A DNA stretch of 64,000 nt from Octopus sinensis (lineage: Eukaryota): contig NC_043007.1 of assembly GCF_006345805.1 (NCBI RefSeq), forward strand, positions 66,216,001 through 66,280,000. The letters are read 5' to 3'. Positions within the stretch are counted from its first letter, which is position 1. Every line of letters begins with the position of its first letter. Positions 11,331 to 25,049 of the stretch are shown here, piece after piece. The position numbers and the translations under genes were made by a program. A model generated the notes under the pieces. The model did no database searches, had not been told where the DNA came from, and worked only from the letters and a program-made list of their open reading frames with translations.

Positions 11331-12109
11331 GTAGAAATATTAATGTCCCGACTTTCATTAGGGTCAATGGAAATTTGTAATGCGTCAAAGACGCACTCTG
11401 GGATTGTGTAGGAATAATTGATACAAAGAAATTAAACCTGTTCAGAAGGAAACATCTGTCTAAACGATAATGAATGTAATACGGCAGACTTAGATAATTC
11501 GAAACAGGGCACCTAGGTTATATTGAAAGTATGTACCCGGTTAGTATTTATAGATAGTATATACAATTCACAAATTTTAGTATCTGTCTACAAAACACAC
11601 AAGTTTATAATTTGTACGGTCAAACTGGATAGTACTTTGGCGAAATAGTTAAGGAGTATTTTACAAGATGTAATATAATCAATGAATAGTGAGTAGTACT
11701 AGAAAGTACTAGAAAGAAGAAGCTATATAAGAATCGGTTAATTTTAGTTAAGAATTGGCAAAAGAAAATATATATAAAACTAGATAAGGAATTAGTGTTT
11801 GGTGGATCGACACACTGCGACAGGTGACCTCATTTCATTTCTGCCAGGAACTTCATAAAAAATTCTTTGTTTCACTTCGTTTATCTTTGGTTAGCTGACA
11901 ATGAAATTCAATATCGAAAAATAGAAGAAAAGTTTCATTTCTACAGTGGCCTGAAATAAATTAACATTTTATACAAAACGTGCGAGTTACCCTTGGTACG
12001 TGATTTTGAGTAATAACATTTTAAACCTTCCTAAACTAATTAACTAACAAAGACTAACAGCAAGCCAAACGCTACTGTTTTATTGACTAGTCCACATTAC
12101 ACCTTAAAT

Positions 12110-12332
12110 AGCATAGGCGCGGTACCCCGGGTTTTCTAGCATATATATCGCTCCTTGGAAGGGAGGCCAGTCTACCTTGGGATTACTCATTTTTACCAAA
12201 TGAGTAAACTGGAGCAACATGAATTGAAGTGTTTTGCTCAAGAATACAACGCATCGCCCTGTCCAGGAATAGAAACCACAATCTTGCGATCAGGAGTCCA
12301 ACACTTTAACTACTAAGTTATGCGTCTCCACT
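12110..12332 (-). mobile_element. SINE family C (CORE-type), tail type 3
   Basis: Minus strand: tRNA-like head GGAGACGCATAACTTAGTAG..GTTTCTATTCC, CORE-like block, tail CCCAAGGTAGACTGGCCTCCCTTCCAAGG. Confidence 0.75.
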
Positions 12333-13309
12333 CTGCCGTTGTATAGTTTACACGAATAAACAATTCTAGGAAAGGAAGGAATGACAAGAAAATGTTTACT
12401 TATCCGTTATGGAAAGCAGGTTAACTCCCTAGTGTCACATTTACCCCGACACTACAATCGTCCTCGTACATCCTAGCTAAAAATAATTTAACCTTTCACT
12501 GCATGCAATATTATTTATGGCATATGCTGATTTCTACATCATTAAATGTGTAGTGCAACCCTCATTGCAAAAGAGGGTATTTTTTAGCTTTTCACGGGCT
12601 TTCTAAAAGCCAATTAGTGATTTGTCCTTTGGCAGCCATTTTGTTATTAAAGCCAATCCCAAGTAACTCTTTCTTTTACTCGGCACCCGGCAATTTGAGC
12701 AGCTGTCCGTTTTCACTCTGTCTATTGTGACATTATCATAAAATGCACATAAAAGAAATATCCGTCTGCCCACACACACTTTTCTATCACATTTTCTACA
12801 AAAGACGATCCTAACATTTGACTGTAAACACTTTGGTATGTAAAATCAGGTCCTTTGTATGTTTTATGTATAAATGAATCTATCCATCTTCGTGGCCGAG
12901 GTACAGAGTCCTGGTATAAAGTGTTCTTTGCCTCTTCAAGCTCTTTACGAGATGAACAGGGTCAATGAACACCCATTCTTTTCCATCTTTCTTTCCCAAT
13001 TGAAGGTAAGCTGTGATTTGAAGGAATTTGGTTGGTATTCTGATAGGTCGAGCAAGCGTATATACACTCCCTTCCTGGGTTTTTACCTTGGTAATAATGC
13101 ACACACAAACTTGTGCGATTTTAGAAAGACCTGTCAAGGACTACATGAAAAAATTCGACACATTGCCTTCAAGTTTGCTGTAGATTTGATTTCTATGGAG
13201 ACATGATAAGTTTAGGTCAAAAAGATGCAGTCGACAGGGTTCGCAACTGGCAACAAACCATGAGTCATACAGCATTATTTTATCTTTGAACAGCGTAAAT
13301 ACTCATGCT

Positions 13310-13915
13310 TTAAAACTGAGTGAGAAAATGTAACGATTCATTGGGACTTTTCAAGATGTACAGAGCGGATCATCAAAGCTGATAAACCAGATATTACTGT
13401 GAATGACCAAAGCAATAAAGTTTGCTTATTGGTTGACATGAGCATAATTTGTGATCAATATCTCGGCAAAAGAATTTGATAAGGTCAGAAAATATAAGAT
13501 TTGCTGATTGAAATCGAAAAAATGTGGCATCTCAAGACGGTTATAATACCAGTGATTGTAGGAGGACTTGGAATGATCAAAAAAGGAACTAAAAATTATT
13601 TGAGGATGACCTCTGACTTACCATCCATGCAGGGAGAGCAAAAGATTATCTTAAGTGGTACGTCACACGTAGTGAGAAGAGCATTGTTGCTGGTAATGTT
13701 CTTTCCTTTTCCCCCTTATTTTTTCATTCCTTTTTAAAATTTTCCTTTTTTTCCTTCTTTCCTCTATCTTTCTGCCCTTTTTTTTCTATCACATGATTTT
13801 GTAAATGAACAATCTGGTGTGTTTAATTTATGGCCTACCAATGTATACAGTGAGTTTCTTTGCCCTAGGTGTTGGAAAGACACTCGGCAAGCAATAGAAA
13901 CATAACTGAAACATG
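13310..13915 (+). mobile_element. R4/Dong-like (RLE-type) LINE 3' end, 5'-truncated
   Basis: Translation ..ENVTIHWDF..IIKADKPDITVND..VCLLVDMSI..KEFDKVRKYK/LLIEIEKMWHLKTVIIPVIVGGLGMIKKGT, the restriction-like endonuclease (PD..D) domain; 3'UTR runs into (AAT)n. Confidence 0.85.
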
Positions 13916-13973
<58 letters not shown>

Positions 13974-15251
13974 TAATAATAATGATGATGATGGTGGTGG
14001 TGGTGGTGGTGTATTTGGTGGTGGTGGTGGTGGGGATGATAATGATGATGATGATGATGAACATCGTGAAAATAATAGACAACCAAAAATAGTTGCAAAG
14101 CTGTCAGGAACCCTCAGGCCTCATGATAACAACCCACAGAAAACTTAGCGTCACATAGTGCAAAAAGAAAAAAGAATAAAGGTTTTGTCAGTTTCAAACT
14201 TCGGGTCTGGCTGGATTATTTCCAACTCGATTGCAGAAGCTGACTAATGGACATTGCAAATGCAAGGTGACCTGAAACGTGAAAAGTGAGAAGAATGCAT
14301 CCATTGTTCAGAACTGAGGTAACTATATCACAAAGGTATCCAAAATGGAAAACGAAAATGGCTTAAGGGTTACAGTTAGGACTAAAGATAGGGTTAGGGT
14401 TAGGGTTAGCGGTCCACAGTGCTGAAATGGCAGACCATTATTGTATACATCCTAAAAATTGATGAAGAAATGACCTCCAAGCAATATTCCAAGAATAATC
14501 AACATTTTATCACACAGGCTTTTCATTTCTTTTTTCCTTTTACTTATTTTCCCCATCCTGTCTCACTCTTTGGAAAATTTCATTCTCACTGTCTCTCTCT
14601 TTCTAACTCACTGTCTCTCATAGTATATCTATTTACTATAGTTTGCGTAAGCTATAGCTCTTTCTCTTTCTATTTCCCTGTATTTTCGTCTTTGCTTCCC
14701 TTACTCCTATATTTCCATTTCCGCATATTCTTTTGCTCAGAATGTTTAAATTTTATTATCTCTGTCTCATATCTTCCCTAAATTCTCCATTTTCATTCAG
14801 CTCGCACTATTTCACTCCAAGCTATATAATGTTAGGGAAATTGATAGGCAAATGTTCGTTAGTGAGACGAAAGTAATAGGAGAGAAAAATTGTTGGATGA
14901 GTGAAGAGGCAGTTACAGAAAGGAAGGTAGTTTAAATATAGGTATAAGCATAAATGTGTAAGTGTGTGTCCGTGTGCGCGCACGTGAGCGTCTGTGGGTA
15001 TGTATGTATGCATGCATAAATGTATGTATGTATGTATGTATGTAGTTGGAGGAATGTTTGGTAATCTGGCTTTCTGTGCCTGAAGGAATTCTTCAAAAGG
15101 TCTCCTCGAATATTTTTGGGTCATATTCTGCATAGTCGAAAATTCCGATGTATTATTGGTATATATATAATATATATAATATACATATATATGCATGTAT
15201 ACATACATACATGTACATACCTACATATATATGTATATACACATGCATATA

Positions 15252-15590
15252 TGAGTACAGGACGTCAAAAAACGTGAACGACATGAAAAAAGAGAACAAA
15301 AAAAAAACAAAAACATGGAAAAACGAACTTTTTCGAACAACGAAAGAAACAAATAGAGTAACGAGACAGGCCAAAAAATGAGCCTTGTCTCTTGTAGCGT
15401 AAGGAGGAGAAAGAAAGATAGCCGCTGGTTACGTGTGAGCAACAGAGAGAGTCGGGAGAAACAGTGAGGAAGAGTGAGGGAGAGAGAGGGAGAATAGAGA
15501 TAGTGATAGGAGTGCAGCATCGGAATCATTAAGATAAAACTTACTTGGAAATGGTTGCGTGGCGTTCGATCATATAATGATATATATATA
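15252..15590. mobile_element. Unclassified repeat, internally deleted inverted copy of the 16720-17402 element
   Basis: Starts GAGTACAGGACGTCA; AAGATAAAACTTACTTGGAAATGG and GTTACGTGTGAGCAA are reverse complements of blocks at ~16750 and ~16928. Confidence 0.6.
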
Positions 15591-16024
15591 TATATAATAT
15601 ACACACACACACATACACACACACATAAACAAATTAAGTAAGGTATCGGAATACCTCTTGCTAAAAATACCTACAAGACCACAAATTTCTCACTACTAAA
15701 ATACATATGGTGACTGCAACGGTGTAATGGGATGAATATTTTCAAAAATAGATGATATATAGTAAGTCCGGCTGATAAGCCTTAAGTATATTGATACAAA
15801 AGGGGAAATAAACTGATACCGGAATGTCTGTTATTCTTGTTTCTATAGATCATACAAGGTAAAGCTATTTCTTGTTATGTTCGTTGCATTTACCGTCTGT
15901 ATTGTAATAGGGACAAATTTGTGGTATTGGTGTGATAGCTCCTATTTCTAGCGAGTGGTATTCTGATACCCTACTTAATTTAATTGTATATTTTACCTAT
16001 ATAGGCTTAAACTTGCTGGCCACT

Positions 16025-16101
<77 letters not shown>

Positions 16102-16262
16102 TAATAATAATATAATAATAATAATAAAAATAATAATAATGGTAATAATACCTTATTTAATTATATATATGTGTGAATAAATAATATATATATATGCATA
16201 CATATATATGTGCATACATACATACAAACATACATACATACATAAATACATACATACATATA

Positions 16263-16316
<54 letters not shown>

Positions 16317-16336
16317 TATAGGCATATATGCATATA

Positions 16337-16643
16337 TGGTACAGGACGTCACAAACCATAAACAACATGAAATAAGAAAACAAATGAGTTGATACGCAAA
16401 CAACGCGAGATACAAATGAAAAACAGGACAAGTAACATAAAGAATGAACCTTCATCCGTTGTCAACTGACCATCTACTCCTCAGTTCGAGCATTGAACGA
16501 CAGTATGAGTCTTTGAAGACAATTAATCCCGCAACAACCAAAATAAAATTTGGGATTTGCAAAGCATCAAATTTCTTAACAAAAACAAGACAGTTGAGAC
16601 ATACAAAGAAACCGAACGAATGGTTTGTGACGTCCTATACCCA
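16337..16643. mobile_element. MITE-like element with TIR GGTACAGGACGTCACAAACCAT
   Basis: 16337-16359 is inverted at 16620-16643; TA-rich flanks; body is an inverted diverged copy of 17110-17402. Confidence 0.7.
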
Positions 16644-16719
16644 TATATGTATATATGTATATATATATATGTGCGTGTGTGTGCGCGCGTATGTGTGTGT
16701 AGATATATATATATGTTAT

Positions 16720-17402
16720 TTATATTATTATTTGATTGAACTCCACCCATCCATTTCCAAGTAAGTTTATCTTAATATATTTGATGCGACACTACCCTAT
16801 ACTCTTCTCTCTTCCTATCGTTTTCTCTCTCATCCTTTCTCTAATTCATTTTTTCTCCCCTTCACCGTTTTCCATCTGTCTGTCTGTCTCTCTCTCTCTC
16901 CCTCCTTCTCCTTTACTCTCTTTCTCATTGCTCACACGTGACCATCGTCAATCTTTCTTTTCTTCACATGATTATCTTTCTTTTCCTACAGGGCTGTTGT
17001 AGAGACTGCACGTATCCTATCTGTCTCTCCCTTTAATTTTTTGTCTTGTCAAAGAAAACATTTCTCCAGCATTCACTATTTTAACTTCGTCTGGTCTAAC
17101 GACCTTCCATGTTTGTTTTCGTTCGGTTTCCTTATATGTCTCCACTGTTCTGTTTTTTGTTACCAACTTTGACCCTCCGCAAACCCCAAATTTTATTTTG
17201 GTGTTGCGGGAGCAACTGCCTTCGAAGACTCATATTATCGTTCAATGCTCGAAATGAGAAGTAGATAGACAGCTAACAACTGATGAAGGGTCGTTCTTTA
17301 TGTTACTTGTCCTGTTTTTCATTTGTTTCTATCATTGTTTGCGTATCAACTCATTTGTTTTCCTATTTCATGTTGTTTACGGTTTGTGACGTCCTGTACC
17401 CA
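16720..17402. mobile_element. Longer member of the GGTACAGGACGTCAC repeat family
   Basis: Ends GGTTTGTGACGTCCTGTACCCA; shares inverted homology with 16337-16620 and 15252-15590. Confidence 0.65.
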
Positions 17403-17416
17403 TATATGCATATATA

Positions 17417-17540
17417 TGGTTTCGGATTCAGGCCTGCAACATGGCCCTTGGGTTAGTGTCTACTACTATAGCTTCTAGTCTACCAAAGCCACGTGAGTAG
17501 ATCTGGTAGATGGAAACTGAAAGAAGCCTGTCGTATATAT
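17417..17540 (+). mobile_element. SINE family A, 5' fragment
   Basis: CTACTATAGC..CCAAAGCC..GTGAGTAGATCTGGTAGATGGAAACTGAAAGAAGCCTGTCG. Confidence 0.8.
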
Positions 17541-18039
17541 ATTCATATAAATTATAAGGATAAAATCTATATACGATTTTATCGGGTAGCCTGCGTGTAA
17601 AACCAATTAAGGAAAGAATTAATACAAAGTGTATATTTTCTTCCCTTATATATAAAATACATTATAATGTCAAGCGCTATTACAATACGTAAAGCCACAC
17701 GCTTTAATGGGATTCTAAAGTCAAACTACTTCAATAAGTATACACACGCCCCAACTTCGAGGAAATAAAACAGAGATTCCTTTAAAAAGAACGGTTTAGT
17801 CGTATACCATTAATGATTTCGTGGTCACCATACACTACAATGTTCTCCACCCATCAGTACAAACATAACCGGAAAATATAAATAAACATCTGCACATACC
17901 ATACGAACACAACGCATCCAGCGGAGCATATGCAAATGTTTGCACTTATATATCCATTATATAAGTAGATAGACAGACAAATATATAGACATAAATATAG
18001 ATACGTACATACATGCACAGACTGACTGACACAGTTAGA

Positions 18040-18085
18040 AAGAAAGATAGATAGATAGATAGATTGATAGATAGATAGATAGATT

Positions 18086-18128
<43 letters not shown>

Positions 18129-18144
18129 TGATAGATAGATAGAT

Positions 18145-18213
<69 letters not shown>

Positions 18214-18443
18214 TATGTTAGTTAAGGTTGTGGTTGCGGTGATCAGTCTCATGGTAACAGTGCTGGTTTTGTGTGGACGATGGTAAGTCATAACTGTAGT
18301 AGTGGTGTAGGTACTGGTGTTGACTAATTCTTGTTGTTCACGGCTTGGTATAAGTGGTTTTGTTGGTTGTTGTAGTGATTGTGGTGTTAGTAGTAATGGT
18401 GGTGGTGGTGGTAGTAGTAGTAGTAGTGGTGGTGGTGGTGGTG

Positions 18444-18503
<60 letters not shown>

Positions 18504-18505
18504 AT
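18040..18505. repeat. (GATA)n and (GGT/AGT)n microsatellites
   Basis: Directly visible at 18040-18212 and ~18390-18505. Confidence 0.95.
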
Positions 18506-19598
18506 GATAGTGATGGAAGCGGCAATAGCCTTGGCGCCAGTGGTGCTTATGGTGAGGGTGCCGTTATGGGAATCGGCTACTGCTGCTGCTGCTGTTGCTG
18601 GCACTGGTGCTGACGATGTGGTTATGTTGTGGTGAACGCGATAGTGACGTTGCCTAGTGTTACGGTCAGACACCCACGACCTTATCCGGTCCTAGACGAA
18701 TGACCAGAGTCACTCCCCCACACGCACACTTACCACCCCTCTGCATCAATCCCTGTGCCACCCATTCACACCGGCACCCACACTACACCCTTAAGCACAG
18801 CCACCACCACCACCACTATCACCATTGCCACCGACGTTTTTCCAACTCGCCCATAAAAATGGCCGTCAGATATATCCATATTAAGAAAGTCATAATGAAC
18901 AACGGCGGCCATTAGTTTTGCCTCTTTGGCGGGAGATTGGGGATCATATTTTCGTTTTCATTTGACCAATACATTCATCACGACCACCAACACCACTACC
19001 ACCACCACCACCACTGCCGCAACCATCACCATTATCCCCACTCACCGCACACTAACCCACTTCCCTCGTTTACTCCCACACTCACTCATTCAACTAATCA
19101 TACATTCACGCACACCTTCCCTTTCTCACACGCACTCACACATACACACTCACATCCCCAGTGCTCGCACAACGCACACACATACCATACGACCATGTAC
19201 GCCCATACACACACAAAACCACACACACACATACAAACACAAACACGCACACACACACATACACACATACACACACACACAAACACGCGCCGCAGCTTTC
19301 AGTTTCGTTATCCCCCATTGGTTGAATGCATGGCGGAACAACCATGCACCCCACCCACATTTTAGTAATATCCCTAGGGTGACATGAAGGTGTTCATCAC
19401 ACTGTAAATATCTCCAGAAGAGAAGAATATGCCCATACAAAACAAGAGCCAAAAAGAAAATTAATAAAAAAAATACTATTGTGAATATGTGTGTATGTCT
19501 TTTCGTATGCTGCGGTTGTGTGTGCATATATATATATATATGTGTGTCTGTGTGCATATATATATATATATATGAGTGTATGTGTGTGTGTATGTATG

Positions 19599-19699
<101 letters not shown>

Positions 19700-19921
19700 T
19701 GTATGCAGGTATGTGTACATATATATGTGTGTATAAATGTATACATATATAATTTATACACACGCACACAAACACACATATATATACACACACATATATA
19801 TATATATATGTATGCACACACAACCGCGCATACGAAAAGACATACAATATGTATACATGTGTGTATATATATTATACATACATACATATACTTACACATA
19901 CACATATATATGTATGTGTGA

Positions 19922-19955
<34 letters not shown>

Positions 19956-20855
19956 GGAGAGACACATTTATTGGTGTGCGCGTGCGCACGTACGCTCACC
20001 GTCAAAACCCACATAGATGGCAGTATGTGGGTAATAGGATGAGAAGGAAGTGTAGAAGAGAAGGAATGGGGGTATATGTAGTAAGGTCTATTATTTTATG
20101 TAATTTGTTTTTTATTGTTATTTTTGTAGTTGTTGTTCTTCTTCTTGTTATTGTTCTTCTTGTTCGGGTGTATTCGATTGTTTATGGGTGGCTACTGTTT
20201 TCTGGGGGTAAGAATGGGTCTGCGAATTTTGTTAAAGGAACAGTAACAACAACAGCAACAACAGCAACAACAACAACAACAACAACACCAGCCGCAGCAA
20301 CATAAAGAAGAAGAAGGAGAAAAAGAGGAATGATGATGATGTTAAGAACGCTTGCACGCATGTACGCACATACGCTGATACATATCTAAAGGTATACGTT
20401 TTCGTGTAAATACAGAGAGAGAGAGAGAGAGAGAGATGAATAGATTGATGGATACATACATACATGTATACATACATACATACATACATACATACATGCA
20501 TACACGTCTGTGCGCGTGTATGTGAGTATGCTTGTATGCATTTGTGTGAGTGTACGCGTTTGTATTTACTAATAATATAATTTAAATAATGTAAAGAAAA
20601 TTCCAAAACAAATATAAAAGCTGCGGCGAACGAACAACAAAACAACAAAAGCAACAACATCAACGACAACAACAACAAAGACAACAACAACAACAGCAAG
20701 TACCACTACAACAATAACAATAAAAATGGCGTAAAATGTTTCTCTTTACCATTTACCTTCATTAGTTTCCCTCCTCCCACTTTCCTCTTTTCACCCTCTC
20801 GATACTTTAAAATGTTTTCTTCACAGATCTCTCTCGGTGTCTATCTGTCTCTTTC

Positions 20856-20887
<32 letters not shown>

Positions 20888-20893
20888 TTTCTC

Positions 20894-20969
<76 letters not shown>

Positions 20970-21629
20970 CATCAATCTCTCATTCCCTTTTCCGTCTTTC
21001 TTCTTCGTCCTTCTGAACCATACACCTCCCTCCCTCCCACTCACACATTGTTTTACCACTTCTAAATGGTCGTTTCGGGTAAGAGCCACAGTTATAAAAA
21101 TGAAAGAAGGTGAAAGAAAGAAAAAAAAAAGAAAACAACCAAAAATAAAAAAAATAAATACACAAAAGAGAAAAAAAGATAAAGAAAAGAAAAGAGAGAG
21201 AGAAGAAAAGAGTGAAAGAAAGGAAAGGCAAAAAGGAAAAAAAAGGACGGCGTAAAGACACTTCCTTAATACACAAGGAATAAAATACCAATATATATGA
21301 AAGAGAATGGTTATATTCCGTCCATTCACCATCTTAAAGTCCCATCGCGAACATTCACACAAATAATAGACTTCTGAAGAATATCAAAAAAAGAAAAACA
21401 ACAACAATAAAACGACAGCTATAACTATAAAACAGCAACAAAAAGATCAAAAATCCAGTGAACACACGTTGTTTAGTTATTTTATGTCTTGTTATTGTTA
21501 ATTTTTCGTTTTTATCGTATTTTTCCTGATTTTTTTTGTTTGTTTGTTTTCCTTTTATAGCCTTTAAAGAACGTTTTTCCTTATATAGTTAAATGTGCTG
21601 TGTGTGTAATAGAGAGGAAAAAAAAAAGA

Positions 21630-21670
21630 CTTCAAATGGCGTTGCACTGTGTGTTTGGCTATTATATAAC
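21630..21670 (-). promoter_or_regulatory. Candidate TATA + Inr/YY1 core promoter
   Basis: Minus-strand TATATAA at 21668-21662; Inr-like CCATTTG with its A at 21637, 31 nt from the TATA start, overlapping a YY1-like GCCATTTG. Confidence 0.25.
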
Positions 21671-21929
21671 TAAAGGTGCGCTGGTGCGTTGGTGAGATGT
21701 CGGCTGCTGGGTTTGCCAGTTTTGGTGGTTTGACGAATTTGAATGAATAATGCGTTTTTTTAATACTTTCAGTTTGTTTCTTTCTAAGGTGTGTGTGCGG
21801 GGTGGGGGAATTCAAATATTGATTTTATTAAAGGAATTTATAACACATTTGTCCATCTACATATCGATCTATCTGTCGATACATCCATACACACATACAT
21901 ATAAGTGTACATGCACACATACACACATA

Positions 21930-21975
<46 letters not shown>

Positions 21976-21978
<3 letters not shown>

Positions 21979-22316
21979 AGGCGCATGGCTCAGTGGTTAG
22001 AGCGTCGAGCTTACGATCGTGAGGTTGTGAGTTCGAATCCCGGACCGGGCTGTGCGTTGTGTTCTTGAGCAAAGCACTTTATTTCACGTTGCTCCAGTTC
22101 ACTCAGCTGTAGAAATGAGTTGCGACGTCACAGGTGCCAAGCTGTATCGACCTTTGTCTTTCCCTTGGATAACACTGGTGGCGTGGAGAGGGGAGGCCGG
22201 TATGCATGGGCGACTACTGGTCTTCCATAAAAACAACCTTGCCCAGACTTGTGCCTCAGAGGGTAACTCTCTAGGTGCAAACCCATGGTCACTCATGACC
22301 GAAGGGGGTCTTTACC

Positions 22317-22320
<4 letters not shown>
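21976..22320 (+). mobile_element. SINE family C (tRNA-Arg-like head, CORE-type), tail type 4, well preserved
   Basis: GGAGGCGCATGGCTCAGTGG (A box), anticodon-loop-like TTACGAT, GTTCGAATCCC (B box), CORE-like TTCTTGAGCAAAGCACTTTATTTCAC..CTCAGCTGTAGAAATGAG; inserted in a (TA)n tract. Confidence 0.9.
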
Positions 22321-22380
<60 letters not shown>

Positions 22381-22490
22381 ATATATATATATATAATACA
22401 AAATGAGGAAATGGAGAAATATATCTAAATCAATCATCAACCATCAGATAATACCCAATCACCCCTATCTCATTATATATATATATATAT

Positions 22491-23027
22491 TCTTTTATTC
22501 TTATTTGACTGCGGCTATGCTGGAGCACAACCTTAAGGTGATTTAGTCGAAGAAATGTATACCAGGACTTATTTTTTGTAAGCGTAGTACTTATTTAATC
22601 GGACACTTTTGCCGAGCCGCTAAGTTACGGGGACATAAAAACACCAACTTCGGTTATCAAGCGATGGTGGGGAAACAAACACAGACACAAAGACACACAC
22701 ATAAATATATATACATATATACATACAGATATAGATGTGTGTGTGTGCACGCGTGTGTATGTGCGTGTCTATGTATGCCTGTATGTATGTATGTATGTAT
22801 GTATGTATTGTATGTATGTATGTATGCATGCATGTATGTATGTATGTATGTATGTATGTATGTATGTATGTATGTATACGACGGGCTTCTTTCAGCTTAC
22901 ATCTCCCACTTCCATTCACAAGGCTCCTGTCGTCCCGCGTCCGTTGTAGAAGACGATTGCCCAAGGTACCACGCAGAGGGTCTGAACCCAGAACCATGAG
23001 TTTGGGAAGCAAGCTTCTTACCACACA

Positions 23028-23030
<3 letters not shown>
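22491..23030 (-). mobile_element. SINE family A, near full length
   Basis: Reverse complement of the 7015 copy, with an expanded internal (TACA)n. Confidence 0.9.
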
Positions 23031-23102
<72 letters not shown>

Positions 23103-23115
23103 TTGATAGACAGAC

Positions 23116-23147
<32 letters not shown>

Positions 23148-23177
23148 TGATTGATTGATTGATAGATAGATAGATAG

Positions 23178-23234
<57 letters not shown>

Positions 23235-24540
23235 GCAACAGTATGGCCGCAGTTCACTCTCTGAGACATGAAAGTATAAAAGAATATAATTATATAATTT
23301 GTATGTGTTGTAAATGTCTGTGAATGCGTCTGTATATATGTATGTGTGAATGTATATGTATGGATATATATCTGTGTATGTATGTATGTATATCATATAT
23401 ATATACATATTTACACACACGCACGTCATTGTATGAGCAGAGGCTCCATATTTCAAAAAAAGAACTCATTTAGAATATATTCATTTTGAAATAAAATATA
23501 CATAAACACGTACGGACACACGCACATATACATATACACCTAAGTATGTGTACGATTATATGTGTATGTGCGTGTGCTCGTGCAAACGTGCAATTTCGTG
23601 CATGCAAATAATTATGTTTTTATGGATACGTATGTGTAACGTAGCTACTTCATAATAGTTTTGTGGTAAAGCCGAATCGAGTTAATATACGTATATTGAT
23701 GACATTTAATCTAAAGCTCTCGAAATATCTGTTTACAAATGACTGCATTCAAAGCTAGCGTAATAAATATATGCCGAGGCAATTAATATGGAGTGTGTAC
23801 CGACTTAGAGAACTATTTGGCCATGGTGTGCTGATTAATTTCTTGAATAACCATGCTGTATTTAGCATATTTATAAATTAACTGGTGAGTTCCATCGTTA
23901 TATTATAAAGAAAACAAAAGAAATGTCTTCCACGGCGCAATAAAATGATGCTGAAGTTGGAAAATAAAAATAATATGGAATTCGTCATCACTTGCATGAC
24001 TTCACTACTAATACAATGGCAGCCAACATCAATAATAAAGATGATTGTGTTATCGCAATAATCGTGAATATTGCCGATATTTTCCTTGGTTAAAAAAAAA
24101 AGAAAACACTGTGGTGTAGTTCTATACGACCAAGATCTCTTAAAAGGACATATATTAAGCGTTAAAAGACTTGTGGGACACCTTCGTTAGATTAAATTTA
24201 TGACGAGCGAGTATGGGAACGTTATGTGAACAAAAGAGACGGAAGTATTCGTATGGTTGTACATACACGTTACGCAAATGAAGGAAATTGTTAAAACAAA
24301 AGTGATGTAGCTGAGCAGATAAAGTAATAGTGTTACAATCTCATTGCATTTCTGGTTTAACTTCAAAATCTGCTGAACAAATTTACTTCTTAGTCAAAGA
24401 GAAAAGACCTGTTACACTATATTTTGTCAGGATCTCCAAAAATGGTAGGAAAGCCCGAATGCAGTCAATCGGCTGCAGATTCCCTAGGACTAGTTGGTAG
24501 AGGTAGTGTTTAACTAGATTAAGCCGGGACATACTAATTA

Positions 24541-24850
24541 ACTGGCACTCCATCGGTTGAAGTGACAAGGGTTCCAGTTGATCCGATCAACGGAAGAGCC
24601 TGCTCGTGAAATTAACGTGCATGTGGCTGAGCAATCCACAGACATGTGTACTCTTAACGAAGTTCCCTGGGAAATTTAGCGTGACATAGGATGAAACAAG
24701 GCTGGCCCTTTGAAATACAGGTACAACTTCTTTTTGCCAGCTGGGTGGGCTAGAGCAACGCGAAATAAAGTGTCTTGCTCAAGAACAAAACGCGTCGCCG
24801 GAGATCGAACTCATGATCTTACTCTAACCACTAAGCCACATGCCTTCACT
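24541..24850 (-). mobile_element. SINE family C, tail type 1
   Basis: Same head, CORE-like block and tail as 3940-4260. Confidence 0.85.
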
Positions 24851-25049
24851 TTGAACATACACGGCCAGGACAAAAAGTGCAAGGTATTTTGTCTGATTCT
24901 TCGTCAATTCTGCTATGCCTCTGTCCTGATTTGGCACTCTATTTTATCGACTCTGTGAGCATAGAAAGCAAAGTTGACCCCAGATCTATTGAAGAATCGT
25001 AACCCTTTCTACTCGAGTTCATCTAATTGCCCATTAGCATTAGGAAATG

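Noticed and set aside
12880-13137. KVKTQEGSVYTLARPI resembling a BEL/Pao integrase tail
   Set aside because: Too short and no other LTR-element motifs nearby
14385-14408. (TTAGGG)3-like telomeric repeat
   Set aside because: Only about three units; such runs are common inside dispersed repeats and are not evidence of a telomere or fusion
17240-17300. GAAA...CTGATGA as a type II hammerhead
   Set aside because: No stem III/NUH or stem I can be built between the two motifs
21976-22055. tRNA-Arg-like sequence
   Set aside because: It continues into a CORE-like domain and tail, lacks a proper acceptor stem, and is a SINE head rather than a tRNA gene
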